A DNA stretch of 64,000 nt from an uncultured archaeon (GTDB lineage: Archaea; Hadarchaeota; Hadarchaeia; Hadarchaeales; WYZ-LMO6): positions 1 through 64,000 of the forward strand of contig CALJER010000003.1 in NCBI GenBank assembly GCA_938074535.1, given 5' to 3'. A program made the translations under genes and the position numbers. Below the pieces are notes generated by a model, which was not told the DNA's origin, ran no database searches, and saw only the letters and a program-made list of their open reading frames with translations. How positions within the stretch are numbered: the stretch's first letter is position 1; the number at the start of each line of letters is the position of its first letter. Of this stretch, positions 40,854 through 51,336 are shown piece after piece.

Positions 40854-42062
40854 ATGGATTTTGAGCTGACCGAGGACCAGCGGATGTTCAAGGACACCCT
40901 GAGGGAGTTCCTGCAGAAGGAGTTTCCGGAGTCCTACGTGAACAAGAGGGACAGGGAGGGACCGCTCACCAGGCAGGAGGCCGTGGAGATCATGAAGAAG
41001 TTCAAGAGGCTGGGGATAGGCCTTGACCCGGAGAACCTCAGGTCGATGATGGACCCAATGATCTTCTGCATTTTCGCGGAGGAGGTGGGGAGGGTGTGGC
41101 CCAGCCTGCTTCCCCTCTTCGGGATGGGGGCCATCCCGGCCCTCTTCGCACCCTTCGCCGACGAGGACGTGAAGGACAGGATCCTGCGCCGGATGGAGAG
41201 GTGTGAGTTCATAGGGTGCTTCGCCGAGACGGAGCCGGAGGCCGGCTGCGACACCTCCAACATCAAGACCACGGCCAGGCTGGAGGGGGACTACTACATC
41301 ATCAACGGGAGGAAGACCTGGATAAGCAATGCCACAATTGCCGACACCGCCTGGGTGGGGGCCAAGAGCAGCGAGACGGGCGCGGAGACCTTCTTCCTGG
41401 TGGAGAAGGAGGTTTCGGGCTGGGAGACGAGCGAGCTGCACAAGATAGGGTGGAAGGCCTCCCCCACGGGGGAGATGTTCTTCGACAACAGCAAGGTGCC
41501 CAAGAACAACGAGATGATGGTGCTGGTGCAGAGGGCCTTCGAGCAGGGGGGGCTTCCGGTCTCGGAGGGGTATATGAAGCTCCTGACCTCGGTCTCCCCG
41601 GTCACGGCCATGCTCACCATGCCCAGGGCGGGGATGTGCCTGATGTCCGTGGGGATAGCGGAGGCGGCCTTCGAGAAGGCGGTGGAGTACGCCAGGGAGC
41701 GCGTGCAGTTCGGGAAGCCCATAGGGAAGTTCCAGCTGATTCAGGAGATGCTGTACAAGATGAACGTGCTGATAGAGACGGCCAGGCTGCTGGGGTACAA
41801 GGCGGTCTACGCCATCACCAAGGGTGACCCGGATGCCAGGAGGCTCTCCGCCATGGCCAAGGTCTACGGTGCGGAGGCTGCGGTGAAGGTGACCTACATG
41901 GCCATGCAGATCTTCGGAGGCAACGGGCTTTCCGACGAGATGCCCCTGGAGAGGTACTTCCGCGACGCCAGGATGCAGACGGTTCCGGACGGAACCAGCG
42001 AGATCATGAAGCTGATCACGGGGTACTCCATCCTCGGCAAGGGCTTCTCTGCGTACGCCTGA
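40854..42062 (+). CDS. Acyl-CoA dehydrogenase
   Basis: FAETEPEAGCD, NGRKTWISN, RVQFGKPIGKFQ, QIFGGNG, DGTSEI. Confidence 0.93.
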   Translation: MDFELTEDQRMFKDTLREFLQKEFPESYVNKRDREGPLTRQEAVEIMKKFKRLGIGLDPENLRSMMDPMIFCIFAEEVGRVWPSLLPLFGMGAIPALFAPFADEDVKDRILRRMERCEFIGCFAETEPEAGCDTSNIKTTARLEGDYYIINGRKTWISNATIADTAWVGAKSSETGAETFFLVEKEVSGWETSELHKIGWKASPTGEMFFDNSKVPKNNEMMVLVQRAFEQGGLPVSEGYMKLLTSVSPVTAMLTMPRAGMCLMSVGIAEAAFEKAVEYARERVQFGKPIGKFQLIQEMLYKMNVLIETARLLGYKAVYAITKGDPDARRLSAMAKVYGAEAAVKVTYMAMQIFGGNGLSDEMPLERYFRDARMQTVPDGTSEIMKLITGYSILGKGFSAYA

Positions 42063-42240
42063 GCTCCCCCCCATAATTTTTTTCTTCCACCGCCCCAGTT
42101 TTTCCCTTCTCCTGGGTCCGGGAGGCCGGCTTTATGGCGGCGCAGGTTGCTCATCGCCTTCCGCGTTGGGGGGAAGGGCCCCTTTGCGGTAGGGTTAAAT
42201 AAGGAAAGGTGGGTATAAGTTGTAATTTTCGGGGAGAGAA

Positions 42241-42771
42241 GTGATCGAGGTAAGGTTCCACGGAAGGGGGGGACAGGGGGCTGTTACGGCGGCCCGGATG
42301 CTTGCCGAGGCCGCTTTTCTGGAGGGGAAGTACGCCCAGGCCTTCCCCTTCTTCGGGGCGGAGAGAAGGGGGGCGCCCGTGGTGGCCTTCGCCAGGCTCG
42401 ACACCAGGCCCGTGAGGCTCAGGAGCCAGATCTACGAGCCCGACCACGTGGTGGTGCTGGACCCCACCCTCCTGCGCGCCGTGAACGTCACGGAAGGTCT
42501 GAAGCCAGGCGGCCTCCTCGTCCTGAACGCCAGGGAGAGACCGGGGAAGCTGGAGGCGGGAAGGGTGGTGTGGGTGGACGCCACCTCCATAGCGGTGGAG
42601 GAGATGGGGGCCCCCATCACCAACATGGCCATGCTGGGGGCCTACGTGAGGGCCTCGGGAGAGGTGAGCCTGGAGTCGGTGCTGAGGGCGGTGGGGGATT
42701 ACTTCAGGGGCAAGATGGGGGAGAGGAACCTGAGGGCCATAAGGAGGGCCTACGAGGAGGCGAGGGAATGA
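42241..42771 (+). CDS. porC: Pyruvate/2-oxoacid:ferredoxin oxidoreductase gamma subunit
   Basis: EVRFHGRGGQGAVT, FGAERRGAPV. Confidence 0.92.
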   Translation: MIEVRFHGRGGQGAVTAARMLAEAAFLEGKYAQAFPFFGAERRGAPVVAFARLDTRPVRLRSQIYEPDHVVVLDPTLLRAVNVTEGLKPGGLLVLNARERPGKLEAGRVVWVDATSIAVEEMGAPITNMAMLGAYVRASGEVSLESVLRAVGDYFRGKMGERNLRAIRRAYEEARE

Positions 42772-43928
42772 GCAGGCTTCTGCCGGGGATAGTGATAGAC
42801 CGTCCGGGGAGCAGCTCGGACTACCTTACCTCGGGATGGAGGTACCTCCGTCCGGTGAGGGAGGGAAGGACCGCCCCCTGCGCCTTGGCCTGTCCCGTGG
42901 GCAACGACCTCCCCAGGATCCTCTACCTGGTGGAGAGGGGGAGAGTGGAGGAGGCCTGGAGGACCCTCAAGCGGACCAATCCCTTCCCTTCCGTGTGCGG
43001 GAGGGTGTGCTACCGCTTCTGCGAGGCCGCCTGCAACAGGGGCGGCTTCGACGAGGCCCTGGCCGTGAGGAGCGTGGAGCGCTTCCTGGGAGATCTGGGG
43101 AGGGAGAGGGGCTGGAGGGTGCAGCCCGGAGGGGAGACGGGGTACAGGGTGGCGGTGGTGGGCGCGGGTCCGGCCGGCCTCTCATGCGCTTACCACCTCA
43201 GGCTAAGGGGACACGGGGTGGTGGTCTTCGAGGCCAGGGAGAGGGAGGGCGGGCTGCTGGCTTGGGGCATGCCCGAGCACCACCTCCCCCGCAGCGTCCT
43301 GGAGGGGGAGCTCTCCCAGCTGAAGGAAATGGGGGTGGTGGTGAAGGGGGGAAGGGAGGTGAGGGAAAGGGAGGAGCTCGCCGGTTACGGGGCCGTGGTG
43401 CTGGCCACGGGCAGGAACCCCCTTCCTGAGGGGCTGGCGGGAGGGCTGGTGAGAAGGGGGGAGAAGGTGGAAGCGGACGAATGGGGCAGGACGGGGGTGA
43501 AGGGGGTCTTCGTGGCGGGGGAGCTGGCGGAGGGCGTGGGGAGGGGAGTGGCCTGGGCCATAGGCTCGGGGAGGAGGACCGCTGAGGGCGTGGACGCCTT
43601 CCTGAGGGGGGAGGAGCCGAGGAGGGTGCCCCCATCCCCGGTGCTGGGCCTGGAGGAGGTGAAGCTGGATTACTTCACTTTCTCCAGAAGGGTGGGAGGA
43701 CCGGCCGGGCCCGGCTCCGAGGAGGAGGTCAGGGCGGAGGCGGGGAGGTGCTTCAGCTGCGGCACGTGCAACGGCTGCGACAACTGCTGGATCCTCTGCC
43801 CCGAGGGCTGCATCGTGAAGGAGGGGGAGACCGAGTACCGGACGGACGAGGACTACTGCAAGGGGTGCGGGATCTGCGCCCAGGAGTGCCCCAGGGGCGT
43901 GATAAGGATGGTGGAGGAGGGAGCGTGA
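42768..43928 (+). CDS. POR delta subunit with inserted GltD/SudA-like Fe-S/FAD module
   Basis: PGSS...TSGWRYLRP N-terminus; PCALACP, NPFPSVCGRVC...CE..C, GAGPAG; C-terminal 2x[4Fe-4S] DYCKGCGICAQECP. Confidence 0.85.
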   Translation: MSRLLPGIVIDRPGSSSDYLTSGWRYLRPVREGRTAPCALACPVGNDLPRILYLVERGRVEEAWRTLKRTNPFPSVCGRVCYRFCEAACNRGGFDEALAVRSVERFLGDLGRERGWRVQPGGETGYRVAVVGAGPAGLSCAYHLRLRGHGVVVFEAREREGGLLAWGMPEHHLPRSVLEGELSQLKEMGVVVKGGREVREREELAGYGAVVLATGRNPLPEGLAGGLVRRGEKVEADEWGRTGVKGVFVAGELAEGVGRGVAWAIGSGRRTAEGVDAFLRGEEPRRVPPSPVLGLEEVKLDYFTFSRRVGGPAGPGSEEEVRAEAGRCFSCGTCNGCDNCWILCPEGCIVKEGETEYRTDEDYCKGCGICAQECPRGVIRMVEEGA

Positions 43929-45100
43929 GGCGGCTGCTCAACGGGAACGAGGCTGCCGCCCTGGCGGCCAAGCTGGCAAGGGTCCAGGTGGTCTCCGCCT
44001 ACCCCATCACCCCCCAGACGGTGGTGGTGGAGACCCTGGCGAAGTACGTGGCCGACGGGGAGCTGGAGGCGGAGTTCGTGAAGGTGGAGTCGGAGCACAG
44101 CGCCCTCAGCGTCTGCCTGGGGGCCTCCGCCACCGGTGCGAGGGCCTTCACCGCCACCTCCTCCCAGGGGCTCATGCTGATGAGCGAGATCCTGTACGTG
44201 GTATCGGGCATGAGGCTCCCGGTGGTGATGGCCAACGCCAACCGCTCCCTCTCCGCTCCCCTGAGCATCTGGAACGACCAGCAGGACTCCCTCGCCGTGA
44301 GGGACAGCGGCTGGATCCAGCTCTACTGCGAGAGCAACCAGGAGATCCTGGACCTCCTGCTCCAGGCCTTCCTGCTCGCTGAGCGCGTCTCCCTTCCCGC
44401 CATGGTCTGCTACGACGGGTACATCCTCTCCCACACCGCCGAGGCCGTGGAGGTGCCCGAGCAGGCGGAGGTGGACGCCTTCCTCCCCCCCTACTCCCCC
44501 TCCCTCAAGCTCGACCCTGACCGCCCCCTCACCATGGGCCCGGTGGGGGTGCCGGAGGTCTACATGGAGGCCAGGTACATGCAGCACCGGGACACGAGGA
44601 GGGCAAGGGAGGAGTTCCTCAGGGTGGCGGAGGAGTTCGGGAGGAGGTTCGGCAGGAGGTACGGAATCCTGGAGGAGTACAGGACGGAGGGTGCGGAGCT
44701 CCTCCTCCTCACCATGGGCTCCCTGGCCTCCACGGCCAAGGAGGCCGTGGACAGGTGCAGGGAGAGGGGGGAGAAGGTGGGTCTGGTGAAGCTCACCCTC
44801 TACCGCCCCTTCCCAGACGGGGAGGTGGTGGAGGCCCTCAAGCGGGCGAAAGTGGTGGGGGTGCTGGAGAAGGACATTTCCACCGGGTGGATGGGGGCCC
44901 TCTACACGGACACCGTGGCGGCCTTCGCCAACGAGAGCAGGAGGCCCCTCTTCCAGAACTTCATCCTGGGGCTGGGGAGCAGGGACGTGAGGCTGGAGGA
45001 CCTGGAGGGAATAATAGGGGCCCTGCGGAAGGCGGCGGAGGAGGGAAAGGTGGGCGAGAACCCCCGCTGGGTGGGGCTGAAGGGGGAGATGGTGGAGTGA
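43925..45100 (+). CDS. porA: POR alpha subunit
   Basis: [23 protein letters not shown]. Confidence 0.93.
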   Translation: MRRLLNGNEAAALAAKLARVQVVSAYPITPQTVVVETLAKYVADGELEAEFVKVESEHSALSVCLGASATGARAFTATSSQGLMLMSEILYVVSGMRLPVVMANANRSLSAPLSIWNDQQDSLAVRDSGWIQLYCESNQEILDLLLQAFLLAERVSLPAMVCYDGYILSHTAEAVEVPEQAEVDAFLPPYSPSLKLDPDRPLTMGPVGVPEVYMEARYMQHRDTRRAREEFLRVAEEFGRRFGRRYGILEEYRTEGAELLLLTMGSLASTAKEAVDRCRERGEKVGLVKLTLYRPFPDGEVVEALKRAKVVGVLEKDISTGWMGALYTDTVAAFANESRRPLFQNFILGLGSRDVRLEDLEGIIGALRKAAEEGKVGENPRWVGLKGEMVE

Positions 45101-45972
45101 TACCCGCGCAGGAGCTGCTGGCCCCCGGGCACCGCGCCTGTCCGGGCTGCGGCGAGGTGATGGCGCTGAGGCTGATCCTGAAGGCGCTGGGGAAGGAGGT
45201 GATCGTGGTGGAGGCCACGGGCTGCATGGAGGTCGTCACCACTCCTTACCCCCAGACCGCCTGGAGGGTCCCCTGGATCCACGGGGCCTTCGAGAACGCG
45301 GCGGCCGTGGCCTCGGGGGTGGAGGCGGCCCTGAAGAGGCTGGGGAGGAAGGGGGTGAAGGTGGTGGCCATAGGCGGGGACGGAGGGACGGCGGACATAG
45401 GACTGCAGGCCCTTTCCGGGATGATGGAGAGGGGCCACAGCGTGATGTACGTGTGCACCGATAATGAGGCCTACATGAACACGGGCATACAGCGGAGCGG
45501 GACCACCCCCTTCGGCGCCTGGACCACCACCACTCCGGCGGGGAAGGTCTGGAGGGGTGAGGACAGGCCCAAGAAGGACGTGCCGTCCATAGCCCTCGCC
45601 CACCGCATCCCCTACGTGGCCACGGCCTCCGTGGGGTACCCCAGGGACCTCCTCTGGAAGGTCAGGAAGGCGGCGGCGGTGGAGGGGCCCTCCTACCTCC
45701 ACGTGCACTGCCCCTGCCCCACGGGCTGGAGGTACGACTCCGCCCTCAGCGTGAGGCTGGCCAGGCTGGCGGTGGAGACGGGCTGCTGGATCCTCTGGGA
45801 GGCGGAGGGAGGGAGCATCAGGCTGACCTTCAGGCCGGAGAGGAGGAAGCCGGTGGTGGAATACCTGAGGCTGCAGGGAAGGTTCTCGCATCTCACGGAG
45901 GAGGAAGTGAGGCGGATCCAGCAGGAAGTGGACGAGCGCTGCAGGGAGCTTGGCCTGGGCTGGTACGGGTAG
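45097..45972 (+). CDS. porB: POR beta subunit
   Basis: [40 protein letters not shown]. Confidence 0.93.
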   Translation: MIPAQELLAPGHRACPGCGEVMALRLILKALGKEVIVVEATGCMEVVTTPYPQTAWRVPWIHGAFENAAAVASGVEAALKRLGRKGVKVVAIGGDGGTADIGLQALSGMMERGHSVMYVCTDNEAYMNTGIQRSGTTPFGAWTTTTPAGKVWRGEDRPKKDVPSIALAHRIPYVATASVGYPRDLLWKVRKAAAVEGPSYLHVHCPCPTGWRYDSALSVRLARLAVETGCWILWEAEGGSIRLTFRPERRKPVVEYLRLQGRFSHLTEEEVRRIQQEVDERCRELGLGWYG

Positions 45973-46025
45973 CCCCCTCTCTCCCGCGGCTGGGAAGGAC
46001 CGGAGCCACCTCGGCTTTGCAGGGC

Positions 46026-47873
46026 CTAGGAGCCCACGAAGATGGGGCGCAGGGAGAGCCTGCTGGGAAGGGACAGGGGACGGTGGGGAAAGCCCTCACA
46101 GAGCTTCCTCACCTCCTCCGCGAGCTCCTCCACCCCGTACTCCCTCACGCCCGAGCCCCTCACCCTCACCGACAGCTTTCCGCTCTCGAGCTCCCTGTCG
46201 CCCACCACGGCTATGTAGGGGACCCACTCCCTCTCCGCCTCCCTGACCTTCTTGGCCACCGTCCAGCCCCTGTCGTCCACGTCCACCCTCACTCCCTTCC
46301 CCTCCAGGGTTCCGGCGTCCCTCAGGCAGCGCTCCAGGTGGCGGTCGCCCACGGGGACCAGCCTCACCTGGGTGGGGGAGAGCCAGAGGGGCAGGGAGGG
46401 TGTCTCTCCCCCCCTCCTCTTCCTCTCCGCGTTCTCCAGCAGGGCGTAGATCCAGCGCTCTATGGAGCCCATGGAGGAGTGCAGGATCACGCATCCCCTC
46501 TTCCTTCCCGCTTCGTCCGTGTACAGGATCCCGTACCTCTCCGAGTCCTCCAGGTCCAGCTGGACGGTGGAGAGCTGGGAGCTCCCTCCCTGCGGGTCCA
46601 GGAACTGGAGCTCGTGCTTCATCACCCAGTAGTGCTTCCTCTGGGGGAGGACCTCGACCAGGGCGGGCCTTCCCTCCTCCCTCACCAGCTCCAGCACGAA
46701 CTCCCTTTGCTCCCTGTAGAACTCCTCCTCCGCCCTGAACACCAGGGCATAGGGGAGCTCCATCCGGCGCAGGGGTTCAAGGAAGAGGCGGAAGAGGAGA
46801 CGGTACTCCTGCAGGGCCTGGGGCAGGTCGGAGCAGAAGCAGTGGAGGTCGGGCATGGTGAAGGAGCGCAGCCGCTTGAGCCCCACGCACTCCCCGCTCT
46901 GCTCCAGCCTGAAGGAGGGGGAGAGCTCAAAGACGCGGAGGGGCAGCTGCCTGTAGCTGAGCTGGGCCTCCTTCATCATCCTGAAGAGGCCGAAGTCGCC
47001 CGCGAACCTCAGCAGGAGGGTCTTCCCCGGGAGCTTCACCCTGTAGTCCTTGGCCAGGAACCTGGCGGCCTGGGCTCCCACGTCCTTCTCCTCCAGCCTG
47101 TACAGGAGGGGGGTCTGGATGAAGAGGGCCCCCACGCTCCTGGCGAGCTGGGCGGCGTAGTCCTCCAGCAGGGACTTGAGGAGCTCGCCCTTCGGGTAGA
47201 AGCGGAAGTGCCCCACGTCGCTGGCAGGCTCGTAGTCCACCAGCTCCAGCCTGCGCATGAGGGAGAGGTGGGCGGGCTCCTCCCCGGCCCCCCCTCCCCT
47301 CTCGGCGAGCAGGTACTGTTTGAGAAGGGGGTTCTCCCCCAGCAGCCTGCAGGCCTCGAGATCCTCCGGGTTCACCTCCTCCTCCTCACCGCCGGGGGAA
47401 AGGACCACGAGCCTGCCCTCCTCTTCCTCCCCCCGAGGGGGGGCGGAGGGCTCTGGGGAAATCACCCTGGAGAGCTCGCTCAGGGGGTGGCCCTTGCACC
47501 TCAGGGTGAAGGCCTTGTACCATCCGAAGGGGACGTGCAGGACCTCCAGTCCTTCCTCCGACAGCCTCTCCCTCATCCCCTTCAGCACCCGCACGGCCAC
47601 CTCGGGGGAGGAGAGGGAGGGACTGAGGTGGGCGTAGGGGTAGACCGCCACCCTCCTCACCCCCAGCCTCCCGCAAAGGTCCAGGATCTCCTCCGAGGCC
47701 CTGGAGACCACCGCCTCCGCGTTCTTCCCGTCCTCCTCCTCCACGGCGGTGAAGGCCACCAGCACCTCCTCCGCCCTACCCTCCCTCTTCCCCTCCTCCA
47801 CCTCCTCCGCGGCGGGGGTCCGCTGGAGGGCCCTGAACTCCAGCAGGTCGGCGTGGATCAGGAGCAGGCGCAT
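46026..47873 (-). CDS. thrS: Threonyl-tRNA synthetase (archaeal type)
   Basis: MRLLLIHAD editing domain, YPYAHLS, PFGWYKAF, FRLEQSGE, FTMPDLH, GSIER. Confidence 0.95.
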   Translation of the reverse strand: MRLLLIHADLLEFRALQRTPAAEEVEEGKREGRAEEVLVAFTAVEEEDGKNAEAVVSRASEEILDLCGRLGVRRVAVYPYAHLSPSLSSPEVAVRVLKGMRERLSEEGLEVLHVPFGWYKAFTLRCKGHPLSELSRVISPEPSAPPRGEEEEGRLVVLSPGGEEEEVNPEDLEACRLLGENPLLKQYLLAERGGGAGEEPAHLSLMRRLELVDYEPASDVGHFRFYPKGELLKSLLEDYAAQLARSVGALFIQTPLLYRLEEKDVGAQAARFLAKDYRVKLPGKTLLLRFAGDFGLFRMMKEAQLSYRQLPLRVFELSPSFRLEQSGECVGLKRLRSFTMPDLHCFCSDLPQALQEYRLLFRLFLEPLRRMELPYALVFRAEEEFYREQREFVLELVREEGRPALVEVLPQRKHYWVMKHELQFLDPQGGSSQLSTVQLDLEDSERYGILYTDEAGRKRGCVILHSSMGSIERWIYALLENAERKRRGGETPSLPLWLSPTQVRLVPVGDRHLERCLRDAGTLEGKGVRVDVDDRGWTVAKKVREAEREWVPYIAVVGDRELESGKLSVRVRGSGVREYGVEELAEEVRKLCEGFPHRPLSLPSRLSLRPIFVGS

Positions 47874-47935
47874 CCCGGCACCGGCAGGAGTTCCCGGGAA
47901 GGAATATTTACTTATCGGCCCGACCAAGCCTGAAG

Positions 47936-49090
47936 ATGGCGGGAGGAAGGAAGAAAGGAGAGGTGCCGGTGATCGGGCTGGAGTGCCTCTCCTGCGGGCA
48001 CGCCGAGTACCAGATGTCCTCGCTGGGGCTGGGGGAGCTGCTGAAGGGGAGGTGCCCCAGGTGCGGGGGCGACCTGGCGGTGACGGGGAAGGAACTCCCG
48101 AAGGAGTGGGGGGAGGTGCTCTCGGTGCTGGAGAGGGAGTTCTCGGTGGTGGACTTCGTGCTGGGGAGGGAAGGGGGGGAGTTCGAGGTGGAGGCCGGAC
48201 CAGGTTCCTCCTTTCCCAGGCTGCTGCGCGGGCTGAGGTCCCTGGGAAAGGTGGGCGCCCTGCGGAGGAGGGGAGGTGCCCTCTACCTCAGGGTCCTCTC
48301 CCTTCCGCCCAGGAGGGAAGGGAGGCCCTACCTCCCCCTGCTGCTCCTGGGTTTAACGCTCCTCTCCACCCTCGGGTTCAGCTACCTCTTCCTCTTCGGT
48401 GAAGCGGTGGAGGCCCTCCTCTTCTCCGTGAGCCTGATGGCGATCCTGGCCTCCCACGAGCTCGGGCACGGGCTCGCCGCCAGGAGGAACGGGGTGGAGG
48501 CCTCCCCTCCCTACTTCATCCCGGCACCCACCTACCTGGGCACGCTGGGGGCGGTGGTGAGGGTGAGGAGCCCCATTCCCACCAGGGACGCGCTGGTGGA
48601 GATGGGGGCCTCTGGACCCCTCCTGGGCTTCGCCGTCGCCCTCCTGGTCAGCTCCGTGGGGCTGGCGCTGGGAGGAGCGGGAGGAGCCCGGCTCTTCACC
48701 ACCCCCATCCTTCTCCTCCTGAGGTCCGCGCTGGGAGGGGGGCTGGACAACCCGCTCGTCCTCTCGGGCTCGGTGATGATGGTCATAACCTTCCTGAACC
48801 TCCTGCCCGCGGGGCAGCTGGACGGGGGGCACTTGGCCAGGGGGCTCCTGAGCGCCGAGGGCCACAGCACCCTCACCAGGGGGATGGGCCTGGGCCTGCT
48901 CTTCTCCGGCCTGCTGCTCCCCGGCTATCCCTTCTGGATCTGGGGCCTCCTCATCCTGCTCTTCTTCGGGCGCCCCCACGCTGGGGTGCTGGACGACCTT
49001 TCTCCCCTCTCCTCCTCCCACCGCCTCCTGGCCTTCTCGACCTTCCTCCTCCTGCCCCTCACCTTCCCCCTCCCCGGGGTGCCGGCATGA
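47936..49090 (+). CDS. Site-2 protease (M50) with N-terminal Zn ribbon
   Basis: HELGH, GPLLG, NLLPAGQLDGGH; CLSC...CPRC. Confidence 0.88.
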   Translation: MAGGRKKGEVPVIGLECLSCGHAEYQMSSLGLGELLKGRCPRCGGDLAVTGKELPKEWGEVLSVLEREFSVVDFVLGREGGEFEVEAGPGSSFPRLLRGLRSLGKVGALRRRGGALYLRVLSLPPRREGRPYLPLLLLGLTLLSTLGFSYLFLFGEAVEALLFSVSLMAILASHELGHGLAARRNGVEASPPYFIPAPTYLGTLGAVVRVRSPIPTRDALVEMGASGPLLGFAVALLVSSVGLALGGAGGARLFTTPILLLLRSALGGGLDNPLVLSGSVMMVITFLNLLPAGQLDGGHLARGLLSAEGHSTLTRGMGLGLLFSGLLLPGYPFWIWGLLILLFFGRPHAGVLDDLSPLSSSHRLLAFSTFLLLPLTFPLPGVPA

Positions 49091-49674
49091 GGGGAAGGCT
49101 GCTGTGCGTGGAGGGTCTGGATGGCTGCGGCAAGAGCACCCAAACCTCGCTGCTGGTGAGGTGGCTGCGCTCCCTGGGGTACAGGGTCCTGCGCACGGCC
49201 GAGCCCACCCGGGGGCCCGTGGGAAGGCTGATCAGGAGGGGGCTGAGGGAGGGCATGCCCGCGGAGGTGGAGGCCCTCCTCTTCGCCGCCGACCGCATGG
49301 AGCACGCCTCCCGCGTGGTCCTGCCCGCCCTCAGGAGGGGCGGGATGGTGGTGAGCGAGAGGGGCCTCTACTCCTCCATCGCCTACCAGTGCGCCAGGGG
49401 GCTGAGGGAGGAGTGGGTGAGGGAGATCAACAGGTTCTCCCCCCTTCCAGGTCTGACCCTCTTCCTCGACCTCCCTCCCGAGGAGTGCCTGAGGAGGATG
49501 GGGGGGAAGGACCTGGACCTCTTCGAGAGGGACCTTTCGTTCCAGAGGAGGGTGAGGAGGAAGTACCTGGAGCTGGCCGTCAGGGGTGAGGTGGAGAGGG
49601 TGGAGGGAAGGGGGTCGGTGGAGGAGGTGCAGGGGAGGATGAGGGAGAGGGTCCTCCGCTGGCTGGGGAGGTGA
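49087..49674 (+). CDS. tmk: Thymidylate kinase
   Basis: EGLDGCGKST, LLFAADR, SSIAYQ. Confidence 0.92.
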   Translation: MRGRLLCVEGLDGCGKSTQTSLLVRWLRSLGYRVLRTAEPTRGPVGRLIRRGLREGMPAEVEALLFAADRMEHASRVVLPALRRGGMVVSERGLYSSIAYQCARGLREEWVREINRFSPLPGLTLFLDLPPEECLRRMGGKDLDLFERDLSFQRRVRRKYLELAVRGEVERVEGRGSVEEVQGRMRERVLRWLGR

Positions 49675-49677
49675 GGG

Positions 49678-51030
49678 ATGGTCCTGGAGAAGCTGGGGAA
49701 GGCCCTGCACGGGGCGCTCCAGAAGCTGGCCAGGGCCCCGCACGTGGACGAGGAGACGGTGAGGGAGCTGGTGAGGGACCTGCAGAGGGCCCTCCTGCAG
49801 GCGGACGTGAACGTCCAGCTGGTCCTGGACCTGACGAGGAGGCTGGAGGAGCGCCTGAGGAAGGAGAGCCCTCCCCCCGGCATGAGCAGGAGGGAGCACG
49901 CGGTGAAGCTGGTTTACGAGGAGCTCTCCGGTCTGCTGGGGAAGCCCTCCTCCTTCGAGCTGAAGAAGGGGGCCCCCACGGTGGTCCTGATGGTGGGTCT
50001 GCAGGGGAGCGGGAAGACCACCTCCGTGGCGAAGCTGGCCTACCACTTCAGGAAGAGGGGCCTCAGGGTGGGGGTGGTGTGCGCCGACACCTTCAGGGCG
50101 GGGGCCTACGAGCAGCTCTCGCAGCTGGGGCAGAGGGCGGGGGTGGAGGTGTGGGGGGAGCCCGGGGCCGACGATCCCGTGGCGCTGGCCAGAAGGGGGG
50201 TGGAGGAGCTGGGGAGGAGGTGCGATCTGGTCCTGGTGGACTCGGCGGGGAGGCACAAGGAGGAGAAGGGACTGATGGAGGAGATGAGGAGGATGGCGGA
50301 GGCGATCGGGCCGGACGAGGTCATGCTGGTGGTGGACGGCACGCTGGGCCAGCAGGCCAGGGACCAGGCGGAGGCTTTCAGGAAGGTCACCCCTCTGGGC
50401 TCCATCCTGGTGACCAAGCTGGACGGAACGGCCAAGGGGGGAGGGGCCCTCTCGGCGGTGGCGGCCACCGGAGCCCCCATCAAGTTCATAGGGACGGGGG
50501 AGCACCTGGAGGACCTGGAGCCCTTCTCCCCCCCCAGGTTCATGGCCAGGCTCCTGGGGATGGGCGACCTGGAGACCTTCCTGAGGAGGGTGGAGGAGAC
50601 GATGGGGGAGAGGGGGGAGGAGGGGGTGAGGGAGGCCCTCAGGGGGAAGCTCACCCTGAGAACGGTCTACGAGCAGCTGGAGGCCATGAGCAAAATGGGT
50701 CCCCTGAGGAAGATCGCCGGCCTCATCCCAGGGCTGGGAGTTTCCCTCTCGGAGGATCAGCTCAGGGTGGGGGAGGAAAAGCTGAAGCGCTTCAGGGTGA
50801 TCATGCAGTCCATGACCCCCCAGGAGCTGGACAACCCCGAGATCCTGAACGCCTCCAGGATCAGGAGGGTGGCGAAGGGCTCGGGGACGAGCGAGGCCGA
50901 GGTGAGGGAGCTCCTGAAGCAGTACGAGCTCATGAGGAGAATGCTGAAGACCCTGGGGAAGGGCAGGCTCCCCAGGGCCGGCCCGCTGGGGAAGCTGGTG
51001 AGGGAGCTGGAGAGGGAGAAGAGGGGATAG
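49678..51030 (+). CDS. srp54: Signal recognition particle protein Srp54
   Basis: ALLQADVN, GLQGSGKTT, DSAGR, TKLDGTAKGGGALS, SRIRRVAKGSG. Confidence 0.96.
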   Translation: MVLEKLGKALHGALQKLARAPHVDEETVRELVRDLQRALLQADVNVQLVLDLTRRLEERLRKESPPPGMSRREHAVKLVYEELSGLLGKPSSFELKKGAPTVVLMVGLQGSGKTTSVAKLAYHFRKRGLRVGVVCADTFRAGAYEQLSQLGQRAGVEVWGEPGADDPVALARRGVEELGRRCDLVLVDSAGRHKEEKGLMEEMRRMAEAIGPDEVMLVVDGTLGQQARDQAEAFRKVTPLGSILVTKLDGTAKGGGALSAVAATGAPIKFIGTGEHLEDLEPFSPPRFMARLLGMGDLETFLRRVEETMGERGEEGVREALRGKLTLRTVYEQLEAMSKMGPLRKIAGLIPGLGVSLSEDQLRVGEEKLKRFRVIMQSMTPQELDNPEILNASRIRRVAKGSGTSEAEVRELLKQYELMRRMLKTLGKGRLPRAGPLGKLVRELEREKRG

Positions 51031-51090
51031 CTTTTTGAGGTCCCCGGCTCCACTCTCTCCGGTGGGAAGCTGACCAAGGCCAGGAAGAAG

Positions 51091-51336
51091 ATGTCGAAGA
51101 GGAGGGGAGAGGCGGTCACGGCCGGGAGGATGATGGGAGGGTTCGAGGAGGGGGAAAGGGTGGTGCTCAAGATAGAGCCAAGCGTGCAGAAGGGAAGGCC
51201 CCACCCGCGCTACCAGGGGAGGGTGGGAGTGGTGAGGGGGAGGAGGGGGAGAGCGTACGAGGTGGAGATCACGGACGGGGGCAAAATGAAAAGAATTATT
51301 ACGCTGCCGGAGCACCTCAGGAAGGTGGGCCCATGA
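51091..51336 (+). CDS. rpl21e: 50S ribosomal protein L21e (true start probably upstream)
   Basis: FEEGERVVLKIEPSVQKGRPHPRYQGRVG...PEHL; conserved rpl21e-rpoF-DUF655 order. Confidence 0.9.
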   Translation: MSKRRGEAVTAGRMMGGFEEGERVVLKIEPSVQKGRPHPRYQGRVGVVRGRRGRAYEVEITDGGKMKRIITLPEHLRKVGP

